From positions 56,916,001-56,980,000 of the forward strand of contig NC_042997.1 of the NCBI RefSeq assembly GCF_006345805.1: a DNA stretch of 64,000 nt. Reading direction: 5' to 3'. Made by a program: the position numbers and the translations under genes. The notes beneath the pieces were generated by a model. It did no database searches, was not told the DNA's origin, and saw only the letters and a list, made by a program, of their open reading frames with translations. The DNA comes from Octopus sinensis. Taxonomy: Eukaryota. Position 1 is the stretch's first letter, and the number at the start of each line of letters is the position of its first letter. Below, one piece after another: positions 53,501 through 64,000 of the stretch.

Positions 53501-55472
53501 GCACACAAGAATCCATCCGAACGTGGCCGTAGTCAGTACCGCATCACTGGCCATCGTGCTGTGGGCACATAACAAACACCATCCGTCGTGGCCGTTCGCC
53601 AGCCTCATCTAGCACCTGTGTCGGTGGCACATAAAAAGTAGTCAGTACCGCTTGTGGTACCAGTGCCGGTGGCACACAAGAATCCATCCGAACATCGCCG
53701 TAGTCAGTACCGCATCACTGGCCATCGTGCTGTGGGCACATAACAAACACCATCCGGTCGTGGCCGTTCGCCAGCCTCATCTAGCACCTGTGTCGGTGGC
53801 ACATAAAAACACCTTCCGAAGACCGAAGACCCGGCAAGACTAGTCAGGCCATAAACCATGGCCCCTACCTGGGACGTAGTCAGTCCACCTGTGCATACCT
53901 TCCTCCTTGTGATACTTGTGAAGGCCTGTTGAGGCAAGTGAAAATCAAAGGCCTGTTGAGGCAAGTGAAAATCAAATCAAAATCAAATCAAAACAAATCA
54001 AAATGGATGAACATCAATGGAATTTGTATCTTTGTGGTACCAGTGCCGGTGGCACACAAGAGAAAACCATCCGAAAGTGGCCGTAGCCAGTACCGCATCG
54101 ACTGGCCTCCGTTCTGTGGGCACATGACAAACACCATCCGATCGTGGCCGTTCGCCAGCCTCATCTAGCACCTGTGTCGGTGGCACATAAAAACACCATC
54201 CGAAGACCCGCAAGACTAGTCAGGCCATAACCATGGCCCCTACCTGGGACGTAGTCAGTCCACCTGTGCATACCTTCCTTCTTGTGACACTTGTGAAGAC
54301 CTGTTGAGGCAAGTGAAAATCAAATCAAATCAAAATAGATGAACATCAATGGAATCTGTATCTTTGTGGTACCAGTGCCGGTGGCACACACTTTGTGGTA
54401 CCAGTGCCGGTGGCACACATGAGAACCATCCGAACGTGGCCGTAGCCAGTTCCGCATCGACCGGCCTCCGTGCTGTGGGCACGTAACAAACACCATCCGA
54501 TCATGGCCGTTCGCCAGCCTCATCTGGCACCTGTGTCGGTGGCACATAAAAACACCTTCCGAAGACCCGGCAAGACTAGTCAGTCCACCTGTGCATACCT
54601 TCCTTCTTGTGACACTTGTGAAGACCGGTTGAGGCAAGTGAAAATCAAATCAAATCAAATCAAAATAGACAAAATAGATGAACATCAATGGAATTTGTAT
54701 CTTGTGGTACCAGTGCCTGTGGCACACAAGAATCCATCAGTGCCGTAGTCAGTGCGGTGGGCACATGACAAAACCATCCGATCGTGGCCGTTCGCCAGCC
54801 TCATCTAGCACCTGTGTCGGTGGCACATAAAAACACCATCCGAAGACCCGGCAAGACTAGTCAGGCCATAACCCATGGCCCCTACCTGGGACGTAGTCAG
54901 TCCACCTGTGCATACCTTCCTTCTTGTGACACTTGTGAAGACCTGTTGAGGCAAGTGGAAATCAAATCAAAACAAATCAAAATAGATGAACATCAATGGA
55001 ATTTGTATCTTTGTGGTACCAGTGCCGGTGGCACGTGGCACATAAGAAAACCATCCGAACGTGGCCGTAGCCAGTACCACATCGACTGGCCTCCGTGCTG
55101 TGGGCACGTAACAAGCACCATCCGATTGTGGCCGTTTGCCAGCCTCATCTGGCACCTGTGTCCGGTGGCACATAAAAACACCATCCGAGCGTGGCCGTCT
55201 GCCAGCCTCGTCTGGCACCTGTGTCGGTGGCACATAAAAACACCATCCGAGCGTGGCCGTTTGTCAGCCTCGTCTGGCACCTGTGTCGGTGGCACATAAA
55301 ATCACCCACTACACTCTCGGAGTGGTTGGCGTTAGGAAGGGCATCCAGCTGTAGAAACACTGCCAGATCTGACTGGACTGGTACAGCTTTCGGGCTCCCC
55401 AGACCCCAGTTGAACCGTCCAACCCATGCTAGCATGGAAAGCGGACGTTAAATGATGATGATGATGATGATG
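50590..55472 (+). mobile_element. 5'-truncated RTE LINE with tandemly amplified 3'UTR and (GAT)n tail
   Basis: ORFs 50743-51000, 50972-51604, 51765-52355 and 52286-53056 are closely similar to the 31.4-kb copy. Tail at 55300-55472. Confidence 0.95.
52924..55300 (+). repeat. Higher-order tandem array: six units (starts ~52924, 53196, 53828, 54205, 54564, 54845) built from ~60-bp sub-repeats
   Basis: Each unit starts gacccg(g)caagactagtcag. Sub-repeats run ccatccga.cgtggccg...ggcac.taa.aaca. Confidence 0.92.
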
Positions 55473-56138
55473 TAATTTTCTAGATGGTGTAATTTAATTG
55501 TTTATTTTGAATTGATAAAAGGTGGTTCTTTCTAATTTTTTATATATATATATTATACTGTGTGAAATTTGATTTAGTATTTCTAAATTGAATTTTTTCC
55601 CTGTAAGTTAGGATTAATATTCCCTCAAATAATTATTATATATATATAAATGGCGGTGCCCCAGCATGGCCACAGCTCATTAGCTGAAACTGGAAAAATC
55701 AAAATCAAATCATAATCAAATATATATATATATATATACATATAGTCTTCTACTCTAGCCTCAGGTCTGCCTGAGACTAGAGTAGAAGACACTTGCCAAA
55801 GTGTCATGCAGTGGAAGTGAATACAGAACTATGTGGTTGTGAAGCAAGCTTCTTCCCATACACCCACACCAGTGCTATATATACATATATGTAAAAAGCA
55901 CCCATTACACTCTTGGAGTGGTTAGCATTAGAAAGAGCATCCACCCATAGAAACCATGCCAAATCAGATTGGAAGCGGGTGTGGCTCTCCAGCTTACCAG
56001 TTTCAGTCAAACTGTCTAACCCATGCCAGCATGGAAAGTAGACACTATATGATGATGATGATATATATATATGTTGTTTTGAGATTTGCTTTGCAAGAAT
56101 CTTTATGTGAGTTTGTGTGTTGAAGCATATTTTTTTGT

Positions 56139-57210
56139 GTCTGGGGAGAGACATTCTCTTTTAGTGCCTTATTATTTAACACACACACCTGTAAAGTTTC
56201 CACTCATTTACTAATTTATATTTCTTAAAATTTTCGTTGCATCTTGCAACCTTTTCAATTGTCATTCACTCTGTCCATTATCTGAGTTGCGTTCTTTTTG
56301 TTTGTTTGTGTGCATGTGTGGGTCAGTGTGTGCTCATACACGTGTATGTATGTATGTATGTATGTATGTATGTATGCATGCATGTGTGTGTAAGCATATA
56401 TGTGTGTAAGTTTGTATGTATATATGTATGTATGTGTGTACGTTTGTATGTATATATTCTGCATATTTATGTGTTTGTGTGTTTGCATGTGTGTGTGTGT
56501 GTGTACCTCTGTCTCTATATGTGTGCATGTTTGAGTGTGTATGTGGGAAGGTGGGGTTGTGACTATGTACTGTGTCTGTATGGATGTGTGTCTCCATATG
56601 TGTCTTTGTGTGAAGTGAAGTGTGTGTGTATGGTCATGTGTTTCAGTCTTCATTTGCATATGTGTGTGTGTGTGCTTGTCTATTCATATTACCGATGTAC
56701 CTATCTGTCTGTATGTCTATCTGTTTACATTCATATCCATTTGCCTACACACATGTGCATATACATATACATACATACACACACACATACATTTACATAA
56801 CAGCCCTCTAACTATTCTACCTGTATATAAATATAAACTGTAGGTATGGGGGTATGATTACCTACTACATATATTTCTATTTAGTATTGAGGATGTTTCA
56901 TTTATGAGGGCATACTCTTGTATTTGTCTGAGGGTTGGGTCCTTTGGGTGCTTGGATAAAATGCAGATGTCAAATTGACCCAGGTTGCCTCCACACATAC
57001 ATACATGTGTATGGTCACACACACTGACCAACATACATGCACACAAACAAAAACAATGCAGCTTGGATAACAGAGTCAATGACTATTGAAAAGGTTGCAA
57101 GACACAACAAAAATTTTAGGAAAAATAAATAAGTAAATGAGTGGAAACTTTACCAGTGAGTGTGCTAAATATTAAGGCACTAAAAGAGAATCACTCTCCC
57201 CAGACAACAA
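56139..57210. repeat. Diverged inverted repeat (56139-56340 / 57010-57210) around a TG-rich tract; each arm carries a hammerhead-like motif
   Basis: gtctggggagag..tagtgcctta..gcaaccttttcaat versus its reverse complement. Confidence 0.8.
56224..56262 (-). ncRNA. Minimal hammerhead-like motif, U3-A8 core variant
   Basis: UUGAAAA-G-GUUGC(AAGAU)GCAAC-GAA-AAUU-U. Stem I is only CUA/UAG in the sister copy at 57083-57119. Confidence 0.45.
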
Positions 57211-57218
57211 TATATATA

Positions 57219-57303
<85 letters not shown>

Positions 57304-57483
57304 CAGACAGAGTAGTCACCATATTTCATTCCATATTGATTACCTCCAATGAGCACAGGGTTACAATGATCAGATTGTTACCTAACACTCCATTGAATCC
57401 CTAGTGTGAAACCGATTGATAAGATCGGCCGTAATGGATATATGATACTGTACGCTTCGGATAGCATATCCACTCTACTGATA

Positions 57484-57587
57484 AATTAAGTACCAGTTAC
57501 GCACTGGGGTCGATGTAATCGAATTAATTCGTGTGTCTGTCCTTGTTTGTCCCCTCTATGTTTAGCCCTTTGTGGGTAATAAAGAAA
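57484..57587 (+). mobile_element. 5'-truncated SINE with 19-bp target-site duplication
   Basis: CATATCCACTCTACTGATA at 57465-57483 and 57588-57606. Confidence 0.9.
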
Positions 57588-57989
57588 CATATCCACTCTA
57601 CTGATAGATATATGAATGTATATTCATATACCCAGATACAATAATAAAGATAATTAATAGCACTTTTAATATAGGTTATTACCACTTGGAACTCGCAAGT
57701 CACTTCTTTCTTGGATTGTCTCTGATCCAGCAGATCAATAATCAAAGACATTCAAACCATAACTACCCCGTTTTTTTTTTTTTTAATTCAAATCTCCTTT
57801 CAAATAATTTGTGTTCTTCCAATATTTCTATGGATTAAGGTGGTAAGCTGGCAGAATCGTTAGCACACCAGACAAAATGCTTACCAGCATTTCGTCTGTC
57901 TTTACATTCTGAGTTCAAGTTCCACCCAGGCTGACTTTACATTTCAATTAAGTCCTGACTTATGGACTCTTAGGCCACACATACACACA

Positions 57990-58434
57990 CGTGCACGTTT
58001 ATGAATTTGTTTTGCACGATTCCTGATGAGAAATCGTGTGCTGAAACAGATATTGTTATATTTCAGGATGGTTGGGGGGTTTACTCTCTCTCTTTTATTT
58101 GGCAAAGAAAAAAAAAATGACCGTTCCAAAATATAACATACTCATACACACAAGCACGTGCGCGCATACACACATTTGTTTTTTAAAAAATTGACGATAA
58201 AGTAAGCAGAAAAGGAGAGAACCAGATATTGGTGACACGCGACCTGACAAACACGCAGCTCCACCTGATAAACACACATATATATATAGGCTTCACTAGT
58301 GATAGCTGTTACTTCCAACATTTGCTCGCTGTACTACTAATCTCGGTTTGTTTTCATCCAAGTACATAAGATCGCCTGACACCGGTTTACATTACATTAA
58401 TAATTTCTTGTTTGTGGACAGCAGTGATCGCACG
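57990..58434 (+). promoter_or_regulatory. Probable promoter / 5'UTR (local CpG enrichment)
   Basis: CpGs are frequent here but depleted in most of the window. The region lies directly upstream of the signal-peptide exon. Confidence 0.5.
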
Positions 58435-58525
58435 ATGGCAGCTTCTGCTAGAACTCTGTTGGAGCTTCTTTTACTCTTGATTCTTACTATAACATTTACT
58501 ATTTCTATAAATCCAGTCATTTTGG
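58435..58525 (+). CDS. First coding exon of a secreted or membrane protein (signal peptide MAASARTLLELLLLLILTITFTISINPVIL-G)
   Basis: ATG in gcacgATGg context, basic residue followed by a hydrophobic core, and a strong donor G|GTAAGA in phase 1, as is typical of signal-peptide exons. No downstream exon was identified. Confidence 0.7.
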
Positions 58526-59076
58526 GTAAGAAAATTTAACTATTGTCTACCATGATAAATTGTCCCATTTTAATGTTGCTTCTTCGAGTTTTAAAACTTT
58601 TCAGAAATCTCAAACACGAATTTCTCGATTTGTCCCTCTCTTCTGCCCTTTATAATTAATTACATTTCCATCCTGTATATTTTAAAATTTTCCTTATTAA
58701 TTCAATATATCAATGCAACAAAGCGATTTTTACTCTTTCGTTCGTTGCATGTTTCTCTAATCAGTCGTTAGTATATGCAGCATCAGTGCTCTTAGAATAT
58801 TGAATAATTCCTTCTTTTAGACAATAGTTTGTTTATATAATTAACTGAATTTCAAAGTTGTGAAAGCGTTGAAATATTGTCATGAAAAGCCATTACATTT
58901 CGACTTTGTAATATTCTAATCCAGTTTGAAATATTATTCTAATTCTTAGCAATTATAAAGCTACATTTAATTAGAGCCACACGACACTTAATCACAGTTA
59001 ATTAACATGTTTTAGCTATGGACGTATTTAATCTGAAAGTTGATCCTCATTTCTGACATAATCTCTACTGTCCCCA

Positions 59077-59315
59077 ACCTAGAGAACTACGTTAATTCAT
59101 TATTTTTATAGAGATGTCCCAAAGTGACACTGACCGTTTTGCATTAAATCACAGAAAAACATTGTTCTCTGTGAGAATTTCCACTGTCAATTGACTAACA
59201 TTCATCCTTGCACTTAAAACTACAAGCTAACATGGGTCATTAAACTACAAGCTATTTCCCCTTTCAAATCACACCATTTGCTATAAAAATAATGAATTAA
59301 CGTAGTTCTCTAGGT
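59077..59315. mobile_element. MITE-like element with perfect 35-bp terminal inverted repeats
   Basis: ACCTAGAGAACTACGTTAATTCATTATTTTTATAG at 59077-59111 and its reverse complement at 59281-59315. Confidence 0.8.
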
Positions 59316-59939
59316 ACCCATAAAAAGATGGTGACGGTAGGAATGGCTTACATCACGCCGTTGTATAGCCCCTAGGGGACTAAACAATAATCGTACTGAT
59401 CGAATATTTCTTTTTTCTGCTTTTTCATATTTTTTCATAGTTCAGATTTGAAAGGAGAAAAATTATTACATAAAACTTACATGATAGTAATGTTAAGTTG
59501 TACACACCTACAGCACACAGTTAATCCACAAATAAAGTATGTGGTGCGTGCACGTATATAACTGGATATGAATTTTACAAAACTGAACATTAATCATATT
59601 GTGTATTGAGTATTTTGTTTTAGCATCGGATCTTTTCCTTTTGAACGGCACTTTGTAACATAATTTCTAGCCGTTCAAAAGATCCTTAGCATCTAAAATA
59701 AAAGATTTTCAAAATGCTGTTATTATATTTTAGTTGCAACGTATTAAGATAGGATAGTCATGGACGGAATGTCTTTGATAATAGGTTTGCTGGATGGGAG
59801 CTGACCAGGGGGCTAAGCAATAATAACTAACGACAAATATATTGTGTATATAGGAGTGTGTGTGTTAGTATGTACCCTACATTCCAACATGGGTCCAACT
59901 TTCTTAACATGAATCCGTAGAAATATTGGTTTCATATTT

Positions 59940-60133
59940 TGGCGCAAGGCCAGCAATTTCGGGAGTGGGGCAAGTCAATTACATCGACCCATTATTCATT
60001 TTATCGACCCCAAAAAGGATGAAATGTAAAGTCAGCCTGGGTGGAACTTGAACTCAGAATGTAAAGACAGACGAAATGCTGGTAAGCATTTTGTCTGGTG
60101 TGCTAACGATTCTGCCAGCTTACCACCTTAATC
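59940..60133 (-). mobile_element. SINE family 2, full head and body
   Basis: Same consensus as 7395-7592. Confidence 0.85.
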
Positions 60134-60399
60134 CATAGAAATATTGGAAGAACACAAATTATTTGAAAGGAGATTTGAATTTAAAAACAAAAAAAAAAGG
60201 GGGTAGTTATGGTTTGAATGTCTTTGATTATTGATCTGCTGGATCAGAGACAATCCAAGAAAGAAGTGACTTGCGAGTTCCAAGTGGTAATAACCTATAT
60301 TAAAAGTGCTATTAATTATCTTTATTATTGTATCTGTGTAGAAAATATATGAAAGAAGTAGTTGGATCTAATAGAGATTATAGAGAAATTGAAAAAAAA

Positions 60400-60620
60400 A
60401 AAAAAATGAAATATCTTGTTCAACATTTTATACAAGTCTTTGACATTTTCTCTCAGTTCAAGAGACTGCAATTTGAGTTTATTTAAGTCTGGCATTTTGG
60501 ATGCAAGAGATATACCTCTAATTTTCATCAGAAATACTGTTTCTCAACTTGTTTAGTCTATTTATACTTTGAAAATAAGATGGGTTCCAAATTTCAGTTG
60601 CATACTCTAATTTTGAAAAA
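60400..60620 (-). mobile_element. Old CR1-type LINE C-terminal relic
   Basis: LNKLKLQSLELRENVKDLYKMLN resembles the L..L.L.SLE.RR..DL..YK motif. Confidence 0.5.
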
Positions 60621-62319
60621 AAAGCTTTGTACATATGACATAGAAGTTTTTATCTTTAGTTAACACTATGAAAACCATTACAGATATAGATTTTGCTTCT
60701 TTTTACAAATTTGCTGAGAATATATATTAAATTTCAGATAATTAGAAATGATTACTTTTAAATCCTTAATTGTAGAGAATTCATATTGTTTTTTAGTTTT
60801 GTTACAATCAACTGTATTACATTTAGATATGTAATGCACATTCAGGATTCTTCACAATAGGCTTAGAGCCATTGAATGTAGGTATACGTGTACCAGTGGA
60901 AATAAAAGTTATTTTTATTAATATTGTGTTTTTATTGAAGCACAGCTAACCTATTTACTTCTTAAGTTTGAACTGTTCATATGTCTTGAGTTACTGGCAT
61001 AATTGTTGCTCTCCCATTCTAGGTCACATCTGATTAAGCAGACTTATGGTCAAAGGCCTTCCGCCTCTAACAATCCCATGTATTCAGACAATAACAACTC
61101 CATCTATTCAAATACAGGATATAACAATCCTATTCAAACTGCATTATCAAATTTGTTCAGTTTAAGATTTTAGTTGTGGTTAAATTTATGATTTGAAGAT
61201 TTGGCTCCTATTTCTAGCAGATCAAGCAGTATTGTGGAGCCTCCCTCTTTTGGCCTGAATGGCATTGTTTGATTGTTCATTGATTCCTCTGGGAAATAGA
61301 TTTCTTATAGAAACCTTGTCTTCCCTGCTATTTAGAAAACTTTAAAATGTGTGTAATCAAGATTAACTTTTGCAATTAAAATTTTCAATCATGTACATGA
61401 CAATGCAGATAAACCATGCCAAGTTTGGAAAGCCAGTGGGTGTATTGTTCCATTAGAAATCTTTCTAAAAACTAACCATTTGCAAACTGTCTTATTGGAA
61501 ACTGTATGGTTGTGGTCATATAGTTTGTTGAGCTAAAACATAAAATATTTCTATTGTGAAATGTTTAATCTCTTACTTTCAAGGGCTAACTTTTATGTGG
61601 TTCTTGATAATCTCATTATTTCTTTTCTCAATGCAAGTTCTCTGAGGGATTATTTGGCATTGTAAGACTTATAGAAATCCTATGGCTGTTCAGAAATTAT
61701 TTCAACTTGGTAGACATGAAATAGAGCCTACCTCGGTCTTGATAAAAAATTAATGGTATTCCAAAAATAGAAAGAAGTTGAGCTGTAAATTAGGCACCTT
61801 CTCACAGAAGTATTTGTATAATGGTATTAAGGAGCAAACGGAAGATGAGTATACTTGTTGATTATAGCATGTTTATATTTGAATTATTAGAATGAGGAAA
61901 AGGCAGCTTTTACAGTTTGAATATCTTGCTGATGATAAAAGCTTGATTTAATTTTAGCAAAAGGGCTCAGGGTAAATACCTTTGAGAAGTATTCTGCACA
62001 CAAAATACACATACAGTTTGGTTCTCACTTGTGTGTTATGATAAACTGATAATTGCAATTAACTATGGGTTTTCATACATCCTTCAAGGGTTTTTTAAAA
62101 ACATATAATAAAAAGAAAATACAAGGGAGTTGACTTCAATAATATTAGACCTATCAAGAATTTTGGAAAAGTAAGATAATGCAATTTAAGAGCAGGCCTG
62201 TCTTTAAAGCCAACTGATAAAAACAAGATATTCAGACCTTATTAGATTTGGACAAAATATATATAGCTCAGCTAACAACACTTAAGTATCTATAGAAATT
62301 GAATGAAAGTAATGATGTT

Positions 62320-62830
62320 AAAATAATAATGAATTTATTATATACAGTGCTCAGGTGCACTACAACTCATCAGAAAAAGTAACCAAAGCTACATGAACAG
62401 TACGTAAAATATGCACAGGAAGTGAATAGTGAAAAAGTCTTGGAAAAATAAGGAAGAAAGGGGGTGGGTGGTAGTATCAGGTTTACTGTTGGTGAATTTC
62501 AGAAAGCATGGAAACTTTGAAGGATGTAGTGTTTCAACAGCTAACAACTGATGGAGGTAATTTATTCCATGCTCCAGCTATTCTGAGTGAAAAAAATGTT
62601 TCTGAAAGTCATAGGTACTGTATTATTTTTTTGATTTTGTAAGCATGTCCATGAGTGTTATAGGCATATGGAATTCATAAAGGTGCCCAAAGTTGTTGTT
62701 GGAAAGAAGGTGAATAATCTTGTGTGTTTACCAACATTAGACCAGAAGGGAGCATTCTGTATACTAAATACACATACAAGAGGGTCTCACGAAGGTAATA
62801 TAGGGATTTGAAAAACTTCAGTTCAGATTT
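62320..62830 (-). mobile_element. Old CR1-type LINE 3' end
   Basis: The minus strand reads FFSLRIAGAWNKLPPSVV..FK, the CR1 C-terminal FF..RV...WN.LP motif, followed by a short (TTA)n tail. Confidence 0.65.
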
Positions 62831-64000
62831 TCCATACAATTGGACAAAGAATATTTAAAATATACAATAAGAAAAAGAAAAAACCAAGAGACAACTCCCA
62901 GTTGATTTTAAAGACCCGTTCCTACCTGCTTTATCTTTATTACTCCCAAAATTCTATTGGCTGATATTATTGATATTACTTTCTTTTTGTTTAGATTTTA
63001 AAGACCTCTAGATGGATTTTTTGTTTCTTAATTGCATGGATAATTCAGTTGACCAGAGATTTTCATTTCTATCACATACACCATATTTCCTTATACATAA
63101 GACATTTTTTTTCCAGTAGAATATCTCTCTAGAAATCCCTTGTATCTTATTAAAATGTTAGGTTTGAGAACTGGACTCAGTTTTCACTAGAATCCTAGTT
63201 TTGTAGATGTAAGTTTTCAATTACCATTCACATGTAATAAATATATCCCAATATCAATGTTGTAATATATTAATTATAACCTGTAAGAAGTTTACAAGAA
63301 TTTACTAGCAACAGTAATTGAATGCCATTTGTTTTGTTGGGCTTATGGTGAATTTACAATAATGATGATCCTTGTGCCATTTGTTAACAGGCAGAAATAC
63401 CCTCGAAATAGATGTCATCTGTTGCCAGTCAGTTTAATTCATCAGCTGATAGTACTGATCTATGACATTACATGATAGCAAGCAGAGAACACTAACATGT
63501 ATAATTGATTACAAGCTATGATTTGTTGAATATATAAAAAACATAGCAATTGGATAGTTGGGTGACGGTATCGACTCCCACCAGATGAAAAGAAAAAAAC
63601 AATTTGTGAAAAGAGAAAACAGGAAACATTAAAAAAAAACACAGGAACAGAAAAATGTGAACTTCATCATAAACAAAATTCCAGCAACTAGAGGAAGACA
63701 TAAAATTATGGAGTATACAGTCTCAACAAAGATGATAATGTGTGAGACAAGATTGGCCAAAGAGGGACAGATGAGTTTGCTGGATGTTCATTTTGGTGCT
63801 ACCTTTTTATGAAGAGGTTTGTTGTATGCATGAGAATGAGGACCTGAATTACAGAGAAGCTACTTGAAGAGTATGAACAAATAATCCTCAAGTTTTATAA
63901 GTAATGTAAACAGGATGTAAACAAAATTCCAAATAGACCAAATTGGCAATATGGATCATCATCGTTTAACGTCCATTTTCCATGCTAGCATGGGTTGGAC

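Larger units (their letters stand above)
57633..60336. repeat. Near-identical inverted repeat: arms 57633-57946 and 60020-60336, with a 2073-bp spacer
   Basis: By eye the arms differ only around a poly-T/A tract. Confidence 0.95.

Noticed and set aside
52924-55300. CRISPR-like or ribozyme array; CTGTTGAGGCAAGTGAAA resembles a hammerhead core
   Set aside because: The DNA is eukaryotic and has no unique spacers. The would-be stem II has a 2-nt loop and there is no stem I partner. HDV-like pairing could not be built either.
56237-56843. Long ORFs rich in YVCM/HTYI/IYIY (also near 5045, 7915, 8591-8889, 30588-30924, 34285-34643, 40760-41100)
   Set aside because: They are translations of (TA)n, (CA)n and (TACA)n microsatellites, which lack stop codons.
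58012-58050. CTGATGA...GAAAC near the promoter
   Set aside because: No stem II or stem I pairing; CTGATGA lies in the loop of a CACGATT/AATCGTG hairpin.
63391-63430. Possible exon 2 of the signal-peptide gene (acceptor ttgttaacag)
   Set aside because: The phase-1 frame hits a stop after 15 codons unless a marginal donor is used; not supportable.

Overview
AT-rich, microsatellite-dense animal genomic DNA. The SINE/RTE repeat families look like those of Octopus; this is recognition from memory, not a database result. Most of the window is transposon debris: a young-looking CR1-type LINE with ORF1+ORF2 (1-~3.7 kb, minus, running off the left edge), two large RTE LINEs (31.4-34.4 kb and 50.6-55.5 kb) plus several RTE fragments, a decayed CRE-clade restriction-like-endonuclease LINE (24.3-25.9 kb), mariner relics, many SINEs and MITEs. 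The only well-supported host coding feature is a signal-peptide-like first exon at 58435-58525 (+) behind a CpG-rich stretch. Three things stand out. (1) About ten minimal type-I hammerhead-ribozyme motifs of Penelope-like type occur, from several unrelated repeat families, and include all three compensatory versions of the core 3-8 pair (C-G, G-C, U-A); one copy (39014-39102) looks fully intact. (2) Fold-back inverted duplications with ~260-315 bp arms recur, and one near-identical pair encloses the promoter and first exon. (3) An RTE 3'UTR is amplified into a ~2.4 kb higher-order tandem array. All structures were paired by eye, and repeat boundaries are approximate.
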